From assembly GCA_028704525.1 (NCBI GenBank), contig JAQWFF010000002.1, forward strand, positions 1 through 34,474: DNA of 34,474 bases. Reading direction: 5' to 3'. This DNA comes from Candidatus Dojkabacteria bacterium. GTDB taxonomy: Bacteria; Patescibacteriota; Dojkabacteria; SC72. Position 1 is the stretch's first letter. Every line of letters begins with the position of its first letter. The notes below the pieces were generated by a model, which ran no database searches, was not told the DNA's origin, and saw only the letters and a list, made by a program, of their open reading frames with translations. Shown here piece by piece: positions 26,769-34,381 of the stretch. Made by a program: the position numbers and the translations under genes.

Positions 26769-28490
26769 ATGAAAGAAGTATTTTGTCCTCATTGTACAAA
26801 AGAGTTAGTTTTAGATAGTAACGACTTGGCTCTTGAAGTGATAAGATGTCCATCCTGTGGCTGGTTCTTTCTTTTATCAGAAGCAGAGAATGGAGATTCG
26901 GGAGATGATTTGTTATTGATAAACATTGAAACTAAATACAACCAAGATGGATCAGTTAAGGCAAGGGCTGGATATAAAGCAAATATCGGTAGTAGACCTC
27001 TTGACCGAGTCGTAAATATATCTGCAGACAGCAAATACGAATTATCAGAAAAGATAAGAGAAACAGCATATGATCTCAAGGAACAGGCAAAAGCTGAGAA
27101 GTCGTCATTGGGTATTGAAGAACAGATGACAATGTTACAAGGTATTTTGGAACATGGCATTAAAACAAAGATAGATTTTAAGTGGGAAGATGAAAAGAGA
27201 AGGGATAAGTTTGAGAAGAAGAAACCTAGTTTTGACAAAACAAAGCCTAAAAAGGAAGATGTTTATCGTTCCTTATGGATATTTGAGAATATATTCAAAA
27301 AATATGCTGCTAAGAAAAACAAGGAGTACGAACAGAGGTTGAAAGAGCTAACAAAAGATTGGGAGAAGGAGAAAAAGGAATTTGAGAAAAGTTTGGCAGA
27401 ATGGGAAAAGGAGAAAGAGAGTTTTGAAAAAGAGAAAGAGGAATTTAACAAGAAAATTGACGAGAAGATAGAAAAACAGAAAAAAGGGAAGAAGGAGATT
27501 GTAGAGGAGTATTTTGAGAAGATTCTTGCATTATCAGAATATCCTACTAACTTCCCTCATAAATTTGATCTTGGATATAAAGCAGAGGAAAAGATGCTCG
27601 TTATTGAATATGTTCTTCCTGAGTACGAAGTTATTCCCAAATATCAAAGAGAAGAATATAAGAGAACAACAGGAGAAAGGAAGAAAGTACCTCTTTCAGA
27701 ATCTGCAAGAGAAAAGTTATATAACGAAGTTCTTTATTCTCTACCATTAAGAACACTACACGAGATATTTGAAAATGATAAATATGAGAATATAGATAGT
27801 GTTGTGTTTAATGGTTGGGTAGACACTCTTGATAAAGCAAAGGGAAAGAAAAAGCATATATGTATATTAACAGTTCATGCAAAGAAGGAAGACTTTGCAG
27901 AGATTGATTTAAGAAAAGTAGAACCAAGAGCTTGCTTCAACGGACTGAAAGGTGTTGGTAGTAGCAAATTAAGTAGTCTTGCTCCTGTTGCTCCAATTTT
28001 AAAACTTAATAAAGAGGATAAGAGGTTTATTAGTGCTGAAGAGGTCTTAAATGATGTTGATAGCTCTGTTAATATTGCCTCTATGGATTGGGAAGACTTT
28101 GAACATCTTGTAAGAGAAGTTTTTGAACAGGAGTTTGCAAAATCAGGGATGGAGGTTAAGGTAACTCAGTCAAGTAGAGATTTGGGTGTTGATGCTGTAG
28201 CTTTTGATCCAGATCCTTTTAGAGGAGGGAAAATTATTATTCAAGCTAAGCGATATACAAATACTGTGAAGGTAGAGTCTGTCAGAGCCTTGTATGGCAT
28301 TATGCAGGATGAAGGTGCTATGAAGGGTATTATTGTTACTACATCTGATTATGGTCCCGATGCTTATAAATTTGCACAGGGTAAGCCAATTACTTTGATA
28401 AATGGGAATAACCTGTTGTCAATGTTAGAGAAGTATGGGCATAAAGCAAGGATAGATATAAAAGAAGCTAAGAAACTTTTACAGGAGTAA
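26769..28490 (+). CDS. Zinc-ribbon / coiled-coil / Mrr-type restriction endonuclease-domain fusion protein
   Basis: N-terminal CPHC...CPSC, a central KE-rich coiled coil, and a C-terminal Mrr_cat-like core (DWEDFEHLVREVF...GVDAVAF...IIIQAKRY...GIIVTTSDYG). Start set at ATG 26769, 9 nt after TATAAT, not the track GTG at 26736. Confidence 0.65.
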   Translation: MKEVFCPHCTKELVLDSNDLALEVIRCPSCGWFFLLSEAENGDSGDDLLLINIETKYNQDGSVKARAGYKANIGSRPLDRVVNISADSKYELSEKIRETAYDLKEQAKAEKSSLGIEEQMTMLQGILEHGIKTKIDFKWEDEKRRDKFEKKKPSFDKTKPKKEDVYRSLWIFENIFKKYAAKKNKEYEQRLKELTKDWEKEKKEFEKSLAEWEKEKESFEKEKEEFNKKIDEKIEKQKKGKKEIVEEYFEKILALSEYPTNFPHKFDLGYKAEEKMLVIEYVLPEYEVIPKYQREEYKRTTGERKKVPLSESAREKLYNEVLYSLPLRTLHEIFENDKYENIDSVVFNGWVDTLDKAKGKKKHICILTVHAKKEDFAEIDLRKVEPRACFNGLKGVGSSKLSSLAPVAPILKLNKEDKRFISAEEVLNDVDSSVNIASMDWEDFEHLVREVFEQEFAKSGMEVKVTQSSRDLGVDAVAFDPDPFRGGKIIIQAKRYTNTVKVESVRALYGIMQDEGAMKGIIVTTSDYGPDAYKFAQGKPITLINGNNLLSMLEKYGHKARIDIKEAKKLLQE

Positions 28491-28503
28491 CGGCTATCGG
28501 TTC

Positions 28504-28944
28504 TTAAAAGTGTACAATATCCTGTGCTTTAATTAGGGAGTTTTCTTTATCTTGGATCATCTCTCTACAAGACATTAAAATTTCTTTAACCTCTTTAGCA
28601 TTTGGTTTATTGCTCAGTCTTTCCATTACTTCTTTTAGTAACTTCTCATCAGGAATCCAGAGAGTTAGCTCAAAACTTAGTTGATTCAAAGATTTATACC
28701 TTATATATTTATCATTTTTGTCTTCACCTTCCTTCTTTGTTATCCATGTAGCAAATAATTCAGCAATCTTAGAAGATTGCTCTTTCCTAAGATATAGGTT
28801 TTTGTAATCTTCTAAATTCTTGTCGTACTGGTTTCTGACTGAGCTTTCTAATTCTGCCTTTATCCAGAGGATAAATAGAAACTGCAACAGAGAAATAACT
28901 AGCAATATTATATCCATAAAAAATAAATAATAAGTTAATTTCAA
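28504..28944 (-). CDS. Membrane-anchored hypothetical protein
   Basis: N-terminal TM (YYLFFMDIILLVISLLQFLFILWI) followed by a helical soluble part. Confidence 0.45.
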   Translation of the reverse strand: MKLTYYLFFMDIILLVISLLQFLFILWIKAELESSVRNQYDKNLEDYKNLYLRKEQSSKIAELFATWITKKEGEDKNDKYIRYKSLNQLSFELTLWIPDEKLLKEVMERLSNKPNAKEVKEILMSCREMIQDKENSLIKAQDIVHF

Positions 28945-29001
28945 TATTATATAATAATTGTAAAACTAAATTGTCATGAGAGAATTGTTGGTAAAACCTA
29001 A

Positions 29002-29030
29002 TTGACAGAATATTTTTGCTGATATATAAT
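29002..29030 (+). promoter_or_regulatory. Canonical sigma70-type promoter
   Basis: TTGACA (29002-29007), exact 17-nt spacer, TATAAT (29025-29030). Confidence 0.7.
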
Positions 29031-29074
29031 CCAGTATTAAATCCTCCTTATGGCCTCGGCGATATGGAGTCAAC

Positions 29075-29098
29075 GGGGGCTTCGGCCCCTTGTTTTTT
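29075..29098 (+). terminator. Intrinsic terminator hairpin with a UUCG loop and a U-tract, inside the leader of the NYN gene
   Basis: GGGGC (29076-29080), UUCG, GCCCC (29085-29089), then TTGTTTTTT. It lies about 40 nt downstream of the predicted TSS and 16 nt upstream of ATG 29115. Confidence 0.65.
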
Positions 29099-29114
29099 AT
29101 TTCACTAAAAAGAG

Positions 29115-29648
29115 ATGAATAGAGTTAAAGTATTCATAGATAACAGTAATGTTTACAAATGTCTTTTAGAACAGAGCATTGTAGATCCTAAGTGGAAAAA
29201 ACAATATGATCCGTTATTTTTATCTCAAATACTTGTAGGGGATAGGGACTTGGTAGGGGTAAATTTCTACTGTACAAATCCGCCCCCTTCTCTGAGAAAG
29301 GCTAATCCAAAGGCATTTGCTTCTCAGGAAAGTTACTATAGCAGAGTAGAAAATTTAGAAAAGGTAATTATACATTTTGGCAATCTTACAACTAATGACG
29401 GTAAGTATTTTGAAAAGAATCTTGATACACAGATGGTCGTAGATATTATGGAAGGAGCTTATCAAGATCATTTTGATACACTAATTCTAGTCTCTAGTGA
29501 TGGAGACTTTGAGAGTACGATAAGAAAAGTGAAAGAGATAGGTAAGAGAGTTGAGATTCTTTTCTTTAGGGGGCATGTTTCGCAAAATTTGAAAAAAGTC
29601 AGCGATGTTAATAGGAGAGCAAGAAGGTCGTATTTCAAGCAATTATAA
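29115..29648 (+). CDS. NYN (LabA-like) domain protein, putative RNase
   Basis: VFIDNSNVY, LDTQMVVDIM and LILVSSDGDFESTIRKVKEIGKRVEIL fit the NYN/PIN-like acidic motifs. Confidence 0.65.
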   Translation: MNRVKVFIDNSNVYKCLLEQSIVDPKWKKQYDPLFLSQILVGDRDLVGVNFYCTNPPPSLRKANPKAFASQESYYSRVENLEKVIIHFGNLTTNDGKYFEKNLDTQMVVDIMEGAYQDHFDTLILVSSDGDFESTIRKVKEIGKRVEILFFRGHVSQNLKKVSDVNRRARRSYFKQL

Positions 29649-29673
29649 AAGTCTTGTTCTGAGAGAAATTGAA

Positions 29674-29709
29674 GTTTTAAGTTCCAAGCTATCCAACACA
29701 TTCCACCAT
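29674..29709 (+). repeat. Family-2 tRNA-Val-3'-end-like repeat, copy R0
   Basis: GTTTTAAGTTCCAAGCTATCCAACACATTCCACCAT. Same orientation as tRNA-Val. It aligns with R1 (TTTTAAGTTCCATGCATTTCAATATCGTCCACCAT). Confidence 0.65.
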
Positions 29710-29735
29710 TAGAATAGTTATTGAACAGTTGATTT

Positions 29736-30266
29736 ATGTTTTGGGATGAACTTATCATTGGAATAGCAGTCACGATTATTGGAGGAGTAGTAACTCCTTT
29801 AATTCTTTGGGGTATTAAAAAATTAAAAAGATCTAAAAAGGTGAAAGAAAATTTAATTTTAAATCACGAAATTAGTTCAAAAAAATTACCTAAAAACATT
29901 GAGAAAAAAAGTTCTAAAGATGATTCAATGGAATTGTTGGAAAAGTTTAAGGTAAACCCAAGGGCAATTATTGATTCTGTGTATGCAGTTGCGCCGTTCT
30001 TGAGAACTGAAAAAGAGGCATCTTTCAAAGGGGTAAATGTTAAGTGGAAATTATCGTTCGTATCTGTTCTTAGAAATTCTTCTGATAAAGTTAGGTTAGC
30101 ATTTGTTTGGGATGATTCATATCCTTGGGTATATTTTGACTCTTATATTACTGAATATCCTGAATTGAAAATCATTAACGAGGGAACTCAAGTTTTAGTT
30201 AAGGGGGAAATTAACAAGGTTGATGGACATAATATTGAATTAGAGAATGTTCGGCTCAAATTTTGA
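29736..30266 (+). CDS. Membrane-anchored hypothetical protein
   Basis: N-terminal TM (LIIGIAVTIIGGVVTPLILWGI), a basic linker and a soluble C-terminal domain. Confidence 0.45.
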   Translation: MFWDELIIGIAVTIIGGVVTPLILWGIKKLKRSKKVKENLILNHEISSKKLPKNIEKKSSKDDSMELLEKFKVNPRAIIDSVYAVAPFLRTEKEASFKGVNVKWKLSFVSVLRNSSDKVRLAFVWDDSYPWVYFDSYITEYPELKIINEGTQVLVKGEINKVDGHNIELENVRLKF

Positions 30267-30323
30267 TAGTTTGAGAATATATCAAACTATCCAAGTCTTG
30301 ATGAAATTCCCATATAATAAATA

Positions 30324-31370
30324 ATGACTAAACAAGAAAAACTTTCTATTGTTTTTGATGAGATATTTCATTTAAATGTTTGTGGGGAAGATAAAGAAAA
30401 AGTTAGGCGAGATATTTCCAAAACAAATATAGATTCCGAAATTATGATTATTGCAGAAGCTATGGCTCCTGAACAAGTGAGACTCTCGGGAGTAAATTAT
30501 TTTTACAAAGATGGAAGAATAGGAAATACAGGAAAATCTTTAGAAAAGTTTTTAAATAAATTTAACTATACTGTTTGTACAGATAAACCGAATTGTATAT
30601 ATCACACAGAAATAGTACATAACTTCCCTGGATATGAAATAAAAAATGGAAAGAAAAGTATTAAAAGACCAAGTAAAGAAGAAATACGAGTATCAATTAA
30701 AAGTAATATCTTAAAAAAAGAGATAGCTATTATTAAACCTAAGTTAATACTTTTAATGGGAGATACAGCATATAAATCATTTTATAAGTACTTTCTGGAT
30801 ATACAATCTTACAATAATCTTACAAAAGAAATAGATTATATTTCTAAGACTAAGAAGTTTAAGAGACATCAAAATATCCCTGTAATACCAATACAGCATA
30901 GTTCTGGTGCTAATCCAAGATTTCAAGAAATGTTTAAAAACACAGAATTGATAGATTTCATAAACGAAATTCTTAATAACCCAATGGATCTTAAACTTTT
31001 GAAAGTAGCTATAAAGAATTCTTGGTGTAAAGATACTGTTTGTCCATCTGTTACGGAAATGTGGAATAGGTCAAATAAAACAATTGGTCAATGTGCTGTA
31101 ACTGCACTGCTAGTATATAAATATCTAGGAGGAAAGATATACAAAGGAGATATTTTAGAAAAAGGATATTCTCATTATTGGAATGTTCTTCCAAATGGTA
31201 AAAAAGTTGATTTAACGAAATCACAATTTGGTTATGAAATGGTCATTCTTAATAATATTAAAGAAAAGAAACCCGAAGAAATGCTAAAAGATGAAGAGCT
31301 ATTAAATAGATATAAAATCCTTGAAAGGCAGGTTGGTTTCCAATTGAAAAATTTAAAGAAAGTAATATAA
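30324..31370 (+). CDS. Uracil-DNA-glycosylase-superfamily domain fused to a C-terminal YunG-like domain
   Basis: Motif-A-like IMIIAEAMAPEQ and motif-B-like IQHSSGANPRF. The C-terminal part has IGQCAVTALLVYKYLGG...HYWNVLPNGKKVDLTKSQFG. TATAAT lies 5 nt upstream of the ATG. Confidence 0.45.
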   Translation: MTKQEKLSIVFDEIFHLNVCGEDKEKVRRDISKTNIDSEIMIIAEAMAPEQVRLSGVNYFYKDGRIGNTGKSLEKFLNKFNYTVCTDKPNCIYHTEIVHNFPGYEIKNGKKSIKRPSKEEIRVSIKSNILKKEIAIIKPKLILLMGDTAYKSFYKYFLDIQSYNNLTKEIDYISKTKKFKRHQNIPVIPIQHSSGANPRFQEMFKNTELIDFINEILNNPMDLKLLKVAIKNSWCKDTVCPSVTEMWNRSNKTIGQCAVTALLVYKYLGGKIYKGDILEKGYSHYWNVLPNGKKVDLTKSQFGYEMVILNNIKEKKPEEMLKDEELLNRYKILERQVGFQLKNLKKVI

Positions 31371-31380
31371 AGAAATATTG

Positions 31381-31415
31381 TTTTTAAGTTCCATGCATTT
31401 CAATATCGTCCACCA
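31381..31415 (+). repeat. Family-2 repeat, copy R1
   Basis: TTTTTAAGTTCCATGCATTTCAATATCGTCCACCA. TCGTCCACCAT is identical to tRNA-Val 22897-22907 plus one base. It abuts the stop codon of the 31416-32054 gene. Confidence 0.75.
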
Positions 31416-32054
31416 TTACGTATTCAAGATCTTCCTTATTCTATCTACTGCTAAAGACATATTTCTTCTACCTTGTCCTACAGGATAATATGTAGGATAT
31501 ATCTCATACCCATTTAATATTTCTTTCTGGTCATCAACATAGTCACTAACAGAAATACTTCTATCCAAAAGAATAGATGATACCTGATTACCAAATGTAA
31601 CTATCTTTTTAGGATTAACAATGTCAATTTCTTTATACATTAAATCTAAATATTCTTTGAAAACAGAATTGTTAAGAGGTCTTGCATCAATTTGAGTACA
31701 TTTTGCAAGATTAGTTATAAATACAGAATGATTTTCTATATCTGTATATACATCGTTAGCAAATTCATAGTCCCATTCCTCAGATTTTAAAGTCTTTATT
31801 TTTAAATATATATCTGATTGTAATAATCCAATATCCCTATAAATATCCCATACTTGTTTTGTACCAATCCAAGGAGCTCTTAATCCTCTCCAAGAACAGG
31901 TACTAGAAATATTCCTACCTGTAGGATTCATAAAGATAAACATTATTTCAGGATCATTTATACAACCAGCTCCGTATATTGAAGAAAGAGTAGGGTCTCC
32001 ATATTTTAATTGTAGTTTATCGTACTCCTTATGTAATTGAATAACTTGTTGCAT
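31416..32054 (-). CDS. Divergent uracil-DNA-glycosylase-superfamily protein
   Basis: IMFIFMNPTGRN at the motif-A position, KIVTFGNQV, and YPTYYPVGQG at the motif-B position. 212 aa. TATAAT lies 9 nt upstream of the ATG. Confidence 0.4.
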   Translation of the reverse strand: MQQVIQLHKEYDKLQLKYGDPTLSSIYGAGCINDPEIMFIFMNPTGRNISSTCSWRGLRAPWIGTKQVWDIYRDIGLLQSDIYLKIKTLKSEEWDYEFANDVYTDIENHSVFITNLAKCTQIDARPLNNSVFKEYLDLMYKEIDIVNPKKIVTFGNQVSSILLDRSISVSDYVDDQKEILNGYEIYPTYYPVGQGRRNMSLAVDRIRKILNT

Positions 32055-32120
32055 AGATTAGAAATTATACTCTAAACAGATTCTGCTTTTAAGTTCGATG
32101 CACTTTAATATCGTCCACCA
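32055..32120 (+). repeat. Family-2 repeat, copy R2 (best-preserved pseudo tRNA-Val 3' end plus promoter)
   Basis: Minus-strand read: TGGTGGACGATATTAAAGTGCATCGAACTTAAAAGCAGAATCTGTTTAGAGTATAATTTCTAATCT-ATG. The tRNA-Val reverse complement reads TGGTGGACGACATAGGGATCGAACCTATG. Confidence 0.8.
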
Positions 32121-32921
32121 TTAGATTCCTCCAAACAACTTTTGCATATCCTCATCATTCAAATTCCTTATATTGTTAATAATAGACTTCTCCCCCTCTT
32201 TCAAAATTACTACATCTCCATTGAAATCTATATATTTAAAATTACTTTTATTATGAGAAACTTTGGGAGTAATCTCAATGTTTCTAAAGTTTTTAATCTT
32301 TTTTATTGAATCAGTGAAGGTCTTTTTTGAAATACCTAATAGATTCTTAATACCTTTTGATTTTTCACTTAATGATACGAACTGATGTAACTCCCATCTT
32401 TGTATATTAGGATATTGGGTAATTTCTTCATAGATATTATTCAAATCATCAATATTATTCTTATGAACTACAGTATTAATAGTTATTTTAAAATCATTAT
32501 TATTAAGAATCTTCAGGATAGTTTTAGTTTGTTTTAAAATATCTTCCCAGTTAGTTCTAAATTCTTCTGCAACTTTCTGAGAACTTCCATCAAAAGGAAT
32601 TCCAATTAAGGAAATCTTTTTAGCCATTTGAGCTTTGATAAATTTGTCGCTAAATTCTTTCCTCAAGAGTGGAATTCCTGTTGTATCCAGATGAATATTG
32701 AAATCAAGAGAGAAGAATATATTTATAATATCAAGAATATCTTCTCTAATTAGAGGGTCTCCACCACTTAGAGTTATCCCCAAGTATCCTGTGTTTTTAA
32801 GAGTAGAAGCTAATTTGGAAATTTCCTCTAGAGTTAGTTCTTTCCCCTCTCTTTTATCTAGATAACAGCCGTTACAGTTACCAAAGCAGTTCCCTGAAAC
32901 TAGAAAACAGATTTTCTTCAT
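32121..32921 (-). CDS. Radical SAM protein (single-gene module)
   Basis: NCFGNCNGCY (CX3CX2C) and LSGGDPLI. 266 aa. Confidence 0.75.
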   Translation of the reverse strand: MKKICFLVSGNCFGNCNGCYLDKREGKELTLEEISKLASTLKNTGYLGITLSGGDPLIREDILDIINIFFSLDFNIHLDTTGIPLLRKEFSDKFIKAQMAKKISLIGIPFDGSSQKVAEEFRTNWEDILKQTKTILKILNNNDFKITINTVVHKNNIDDLNNIYEEITQYPNIQRWELHQFVSLSEKSKGIKNLLGISKKTFTDSIKKIKNFRNIEITPKVSHNKSNFKYIDFNGDVVILKEGEKSIINNIRNLNDEDMQKLFGGI

Positions 32922-32987
32922 AGCTAAAGATTATATATTAAAACAATCTTACTTTTAAGTTATATGTATCTCAATCCTTTCCACCAT
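32922..32987 (+). repeat. Family-2 repeat, copy R3
   Basis: Minus-strand read: ATGGTGGAAAGGATTGAGATACATATAACTTAAAAGTAAGATTGTTTTAATATATAATCTTTAGCT-ATG. The promoter half is near-identical to R4. Confidence 0.75.
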
Positions 32988-32992
32988 TAGTA

Positions 32993-33547
32993 TTATAGAA
33001 GTTTCATTGCTGCGTCATATTTATCTTGTATTAACTCTTTCCCAATTGATGTCAACTTGTTATAACTCCTCTTTAATTTCTCTTTAACAAAGGTATTTGC
33101 ATCTTCTGTTTCCAGACCTCTTACAATAATAGCAAGGTAAAAAAGAGAAGAGATAGTATTAAAATGAGACATAGCATCAGCATCTGCTACACACTCAGCT
33201 TCAATACTTTCTCTAGGAATATCTTTACTACCCCTATGCGCATAAATACAATGTTTAACTTTCGCTATCCTCTCTTTAGGGTAGTTATGTTTCTTTAAAA
33301 ACTCTTCTGCATATTTCTGGCCAATAACATGATGTCTTTCATAAGCTCCTTTAATACTAGCAATATCATGTAACCAAGCTGATACAAGAACTATTTCCCT
33401 ATCAGCATTTCTCATAGTAGCTAATTGTCCTGCAAACATAACAACGGATTTAAAATGATGATTATAAGCATTCATACCAAAAGGATTAGTTTTCTTTTTA
33501 CACTCTCTTAGAACATATTCTTGTGCTTGTTTTACAATATCATTCAT
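32993..33547 (-). CDS. HD-domain metal-dependent phosphohydrolase
   Basis: NHHFKSV...AWLHDIA...HRG...DADAM, a H...HD...D pattern. 184 aa. Confidence 0.75.
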   Translation of the reverse strand: MNDIVKQAQEYVLRECKKKTNPFGMNAYNHHFKSVVMFAGQLATMRNADREIVLVSAWLHDIASIKGAYERHHVIGQKYAEEFLKKHNYPKERIAKVKHCIYAHRGSKDIPRESIEAECVADADAMSHFNTISSLFYLAIIVRGLETEDANTFVKEKLKRSYNKLTSIGKELIQDKYDAAMKLL

Positions 33548-33612
33548 ATCTAAAGATTATATATTAAAACAATCTTACTTTTAAGTTCTGTGCACTTTAG
33601 TATCGTCCACCA
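33548..33612 (+). repeat. Family-2 repeat, copy R4 (overlaps the 3' end of the next ORF)
   Basis: Minus-strand read: TGGTGGACGATACTAAAGTGCACAGAACTTAAAAGTAAGATTGTTTTAATATATAATCTTTAGAT-ATG. Confidence 0.8.
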
Positions 33613-34381
33613 ATATATTTAATCTCCTGAATTCTATTCGGTTGTTTGTATACAGTATATTCCAATCGGTTCCAATATCTACCTTAAATTCAAACCTTGG
33701 TATATTCTCCTCTACTCTCATATTATCTATCCTTACTCCATTTGGAATTATACTAAATACCGATTGAGTTATTTTTAATTGATCACCATCTTTCAATACC
33801 ATAGCCATATGGGTATATGAACCTTCTTTGTTTTTCAAAAGTAATAGATCTAGATTAGAAAGAGAGTCTAAATCGGTAATAATAGTACTTGCAGTTCCAG
33901 AGAAAATTTCCACAGATGCTCTAGAAGCTCCTGTTCTATCTTCTTCTTGCCATGCCAAAGATTTTATAAATTGGTCTTCCATATTGATAGATTTAAAACC
34001 TTCAAGTAGGACATTGTATATATACCCAGAGCAATCTATACCGAGACCAAAGAGCTTCATAGATTCTCGTATACCATCGGGAGAAGCATTCTGTATATTA
34101 AAATCTCTAACTTTAGATATTTCTAAAAACGCAGACTTTAATTCTTCTGGTGTTCCTTTCCCTCTATACCAACCATACTTGCTTTTGTTCCCTTTATATA
34201 ATTTATGTACTTCTTTAATTCTTTCTTCATCTATACCAGATTGTTTCATTAGAGAAAGAAACTCTTGTTCTACAAAGTTTATTGCATATGGACATGATAT
34301 CTTTTGGTTTGATATATCTAAATTAAGATATCTATCAATATTCTCTCTAACATATTTATTTAGTTTTTCTTTTTGAATCAT
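33581..34381 (-). CDS. NlpC/P60-like (papain-fold) cysteine peptidase-like protein, no signal peptide
   Basis: LGIDCSGYIYNVL (the Cys nucleophile context) and LDLLLLKNKEGSYTHMAMVL (the His context). The last 10 codons are encoded by repeat R4. Confidence 0.5.
   Translation of the reverse strand: MIQKEKLNKYVRENIDRYLNLDISNQKISCPYAINFVEQEFLSLMKQSGIDEERIKEVHKLYKGNKSKYGWYRGKGTPEELKSAFLEISKVRDFNIQNASPDGIRESMKLFGLGIDCSGYIYNVLLEGFKSINMEDQFIKSLAWQEEDRTGASRASVEIFSGTASTIITDLDSLSNLDLLLLKNKEGSYTHMAMVLKDGDQLKITQSVFSIIPNGVRIDNMRVEENIPRFEFKVDIGTDWNILYTNNRIEFRRLNILVDDTKVHRT

Noticed and set aside
29051-29119. 22-codon ORF spanning the terminator hairpin
   Set aside because: It is preceded by CCUCC rather than a Shine-Dalgarno sequence, and its sequence is dictated by the hairpin. 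It is treated as non-coding leader or sRNA.
29674-33612. Classical integron (attC sites plus IntI)
   Set aside because: No tyrosine-recombinase IntI is present, no GTTRRRY/RYYYAAC core pairs are seen, and the repeats are not imperfect palindromes. The resemblance is architectural only.
31381-33612. CRISPR array
   Set aside because: The repeats are 35-65 nt, divergent, and separated by full-length genes of 0.55-0.8 kb rather than short spacers. No cas genes are present.
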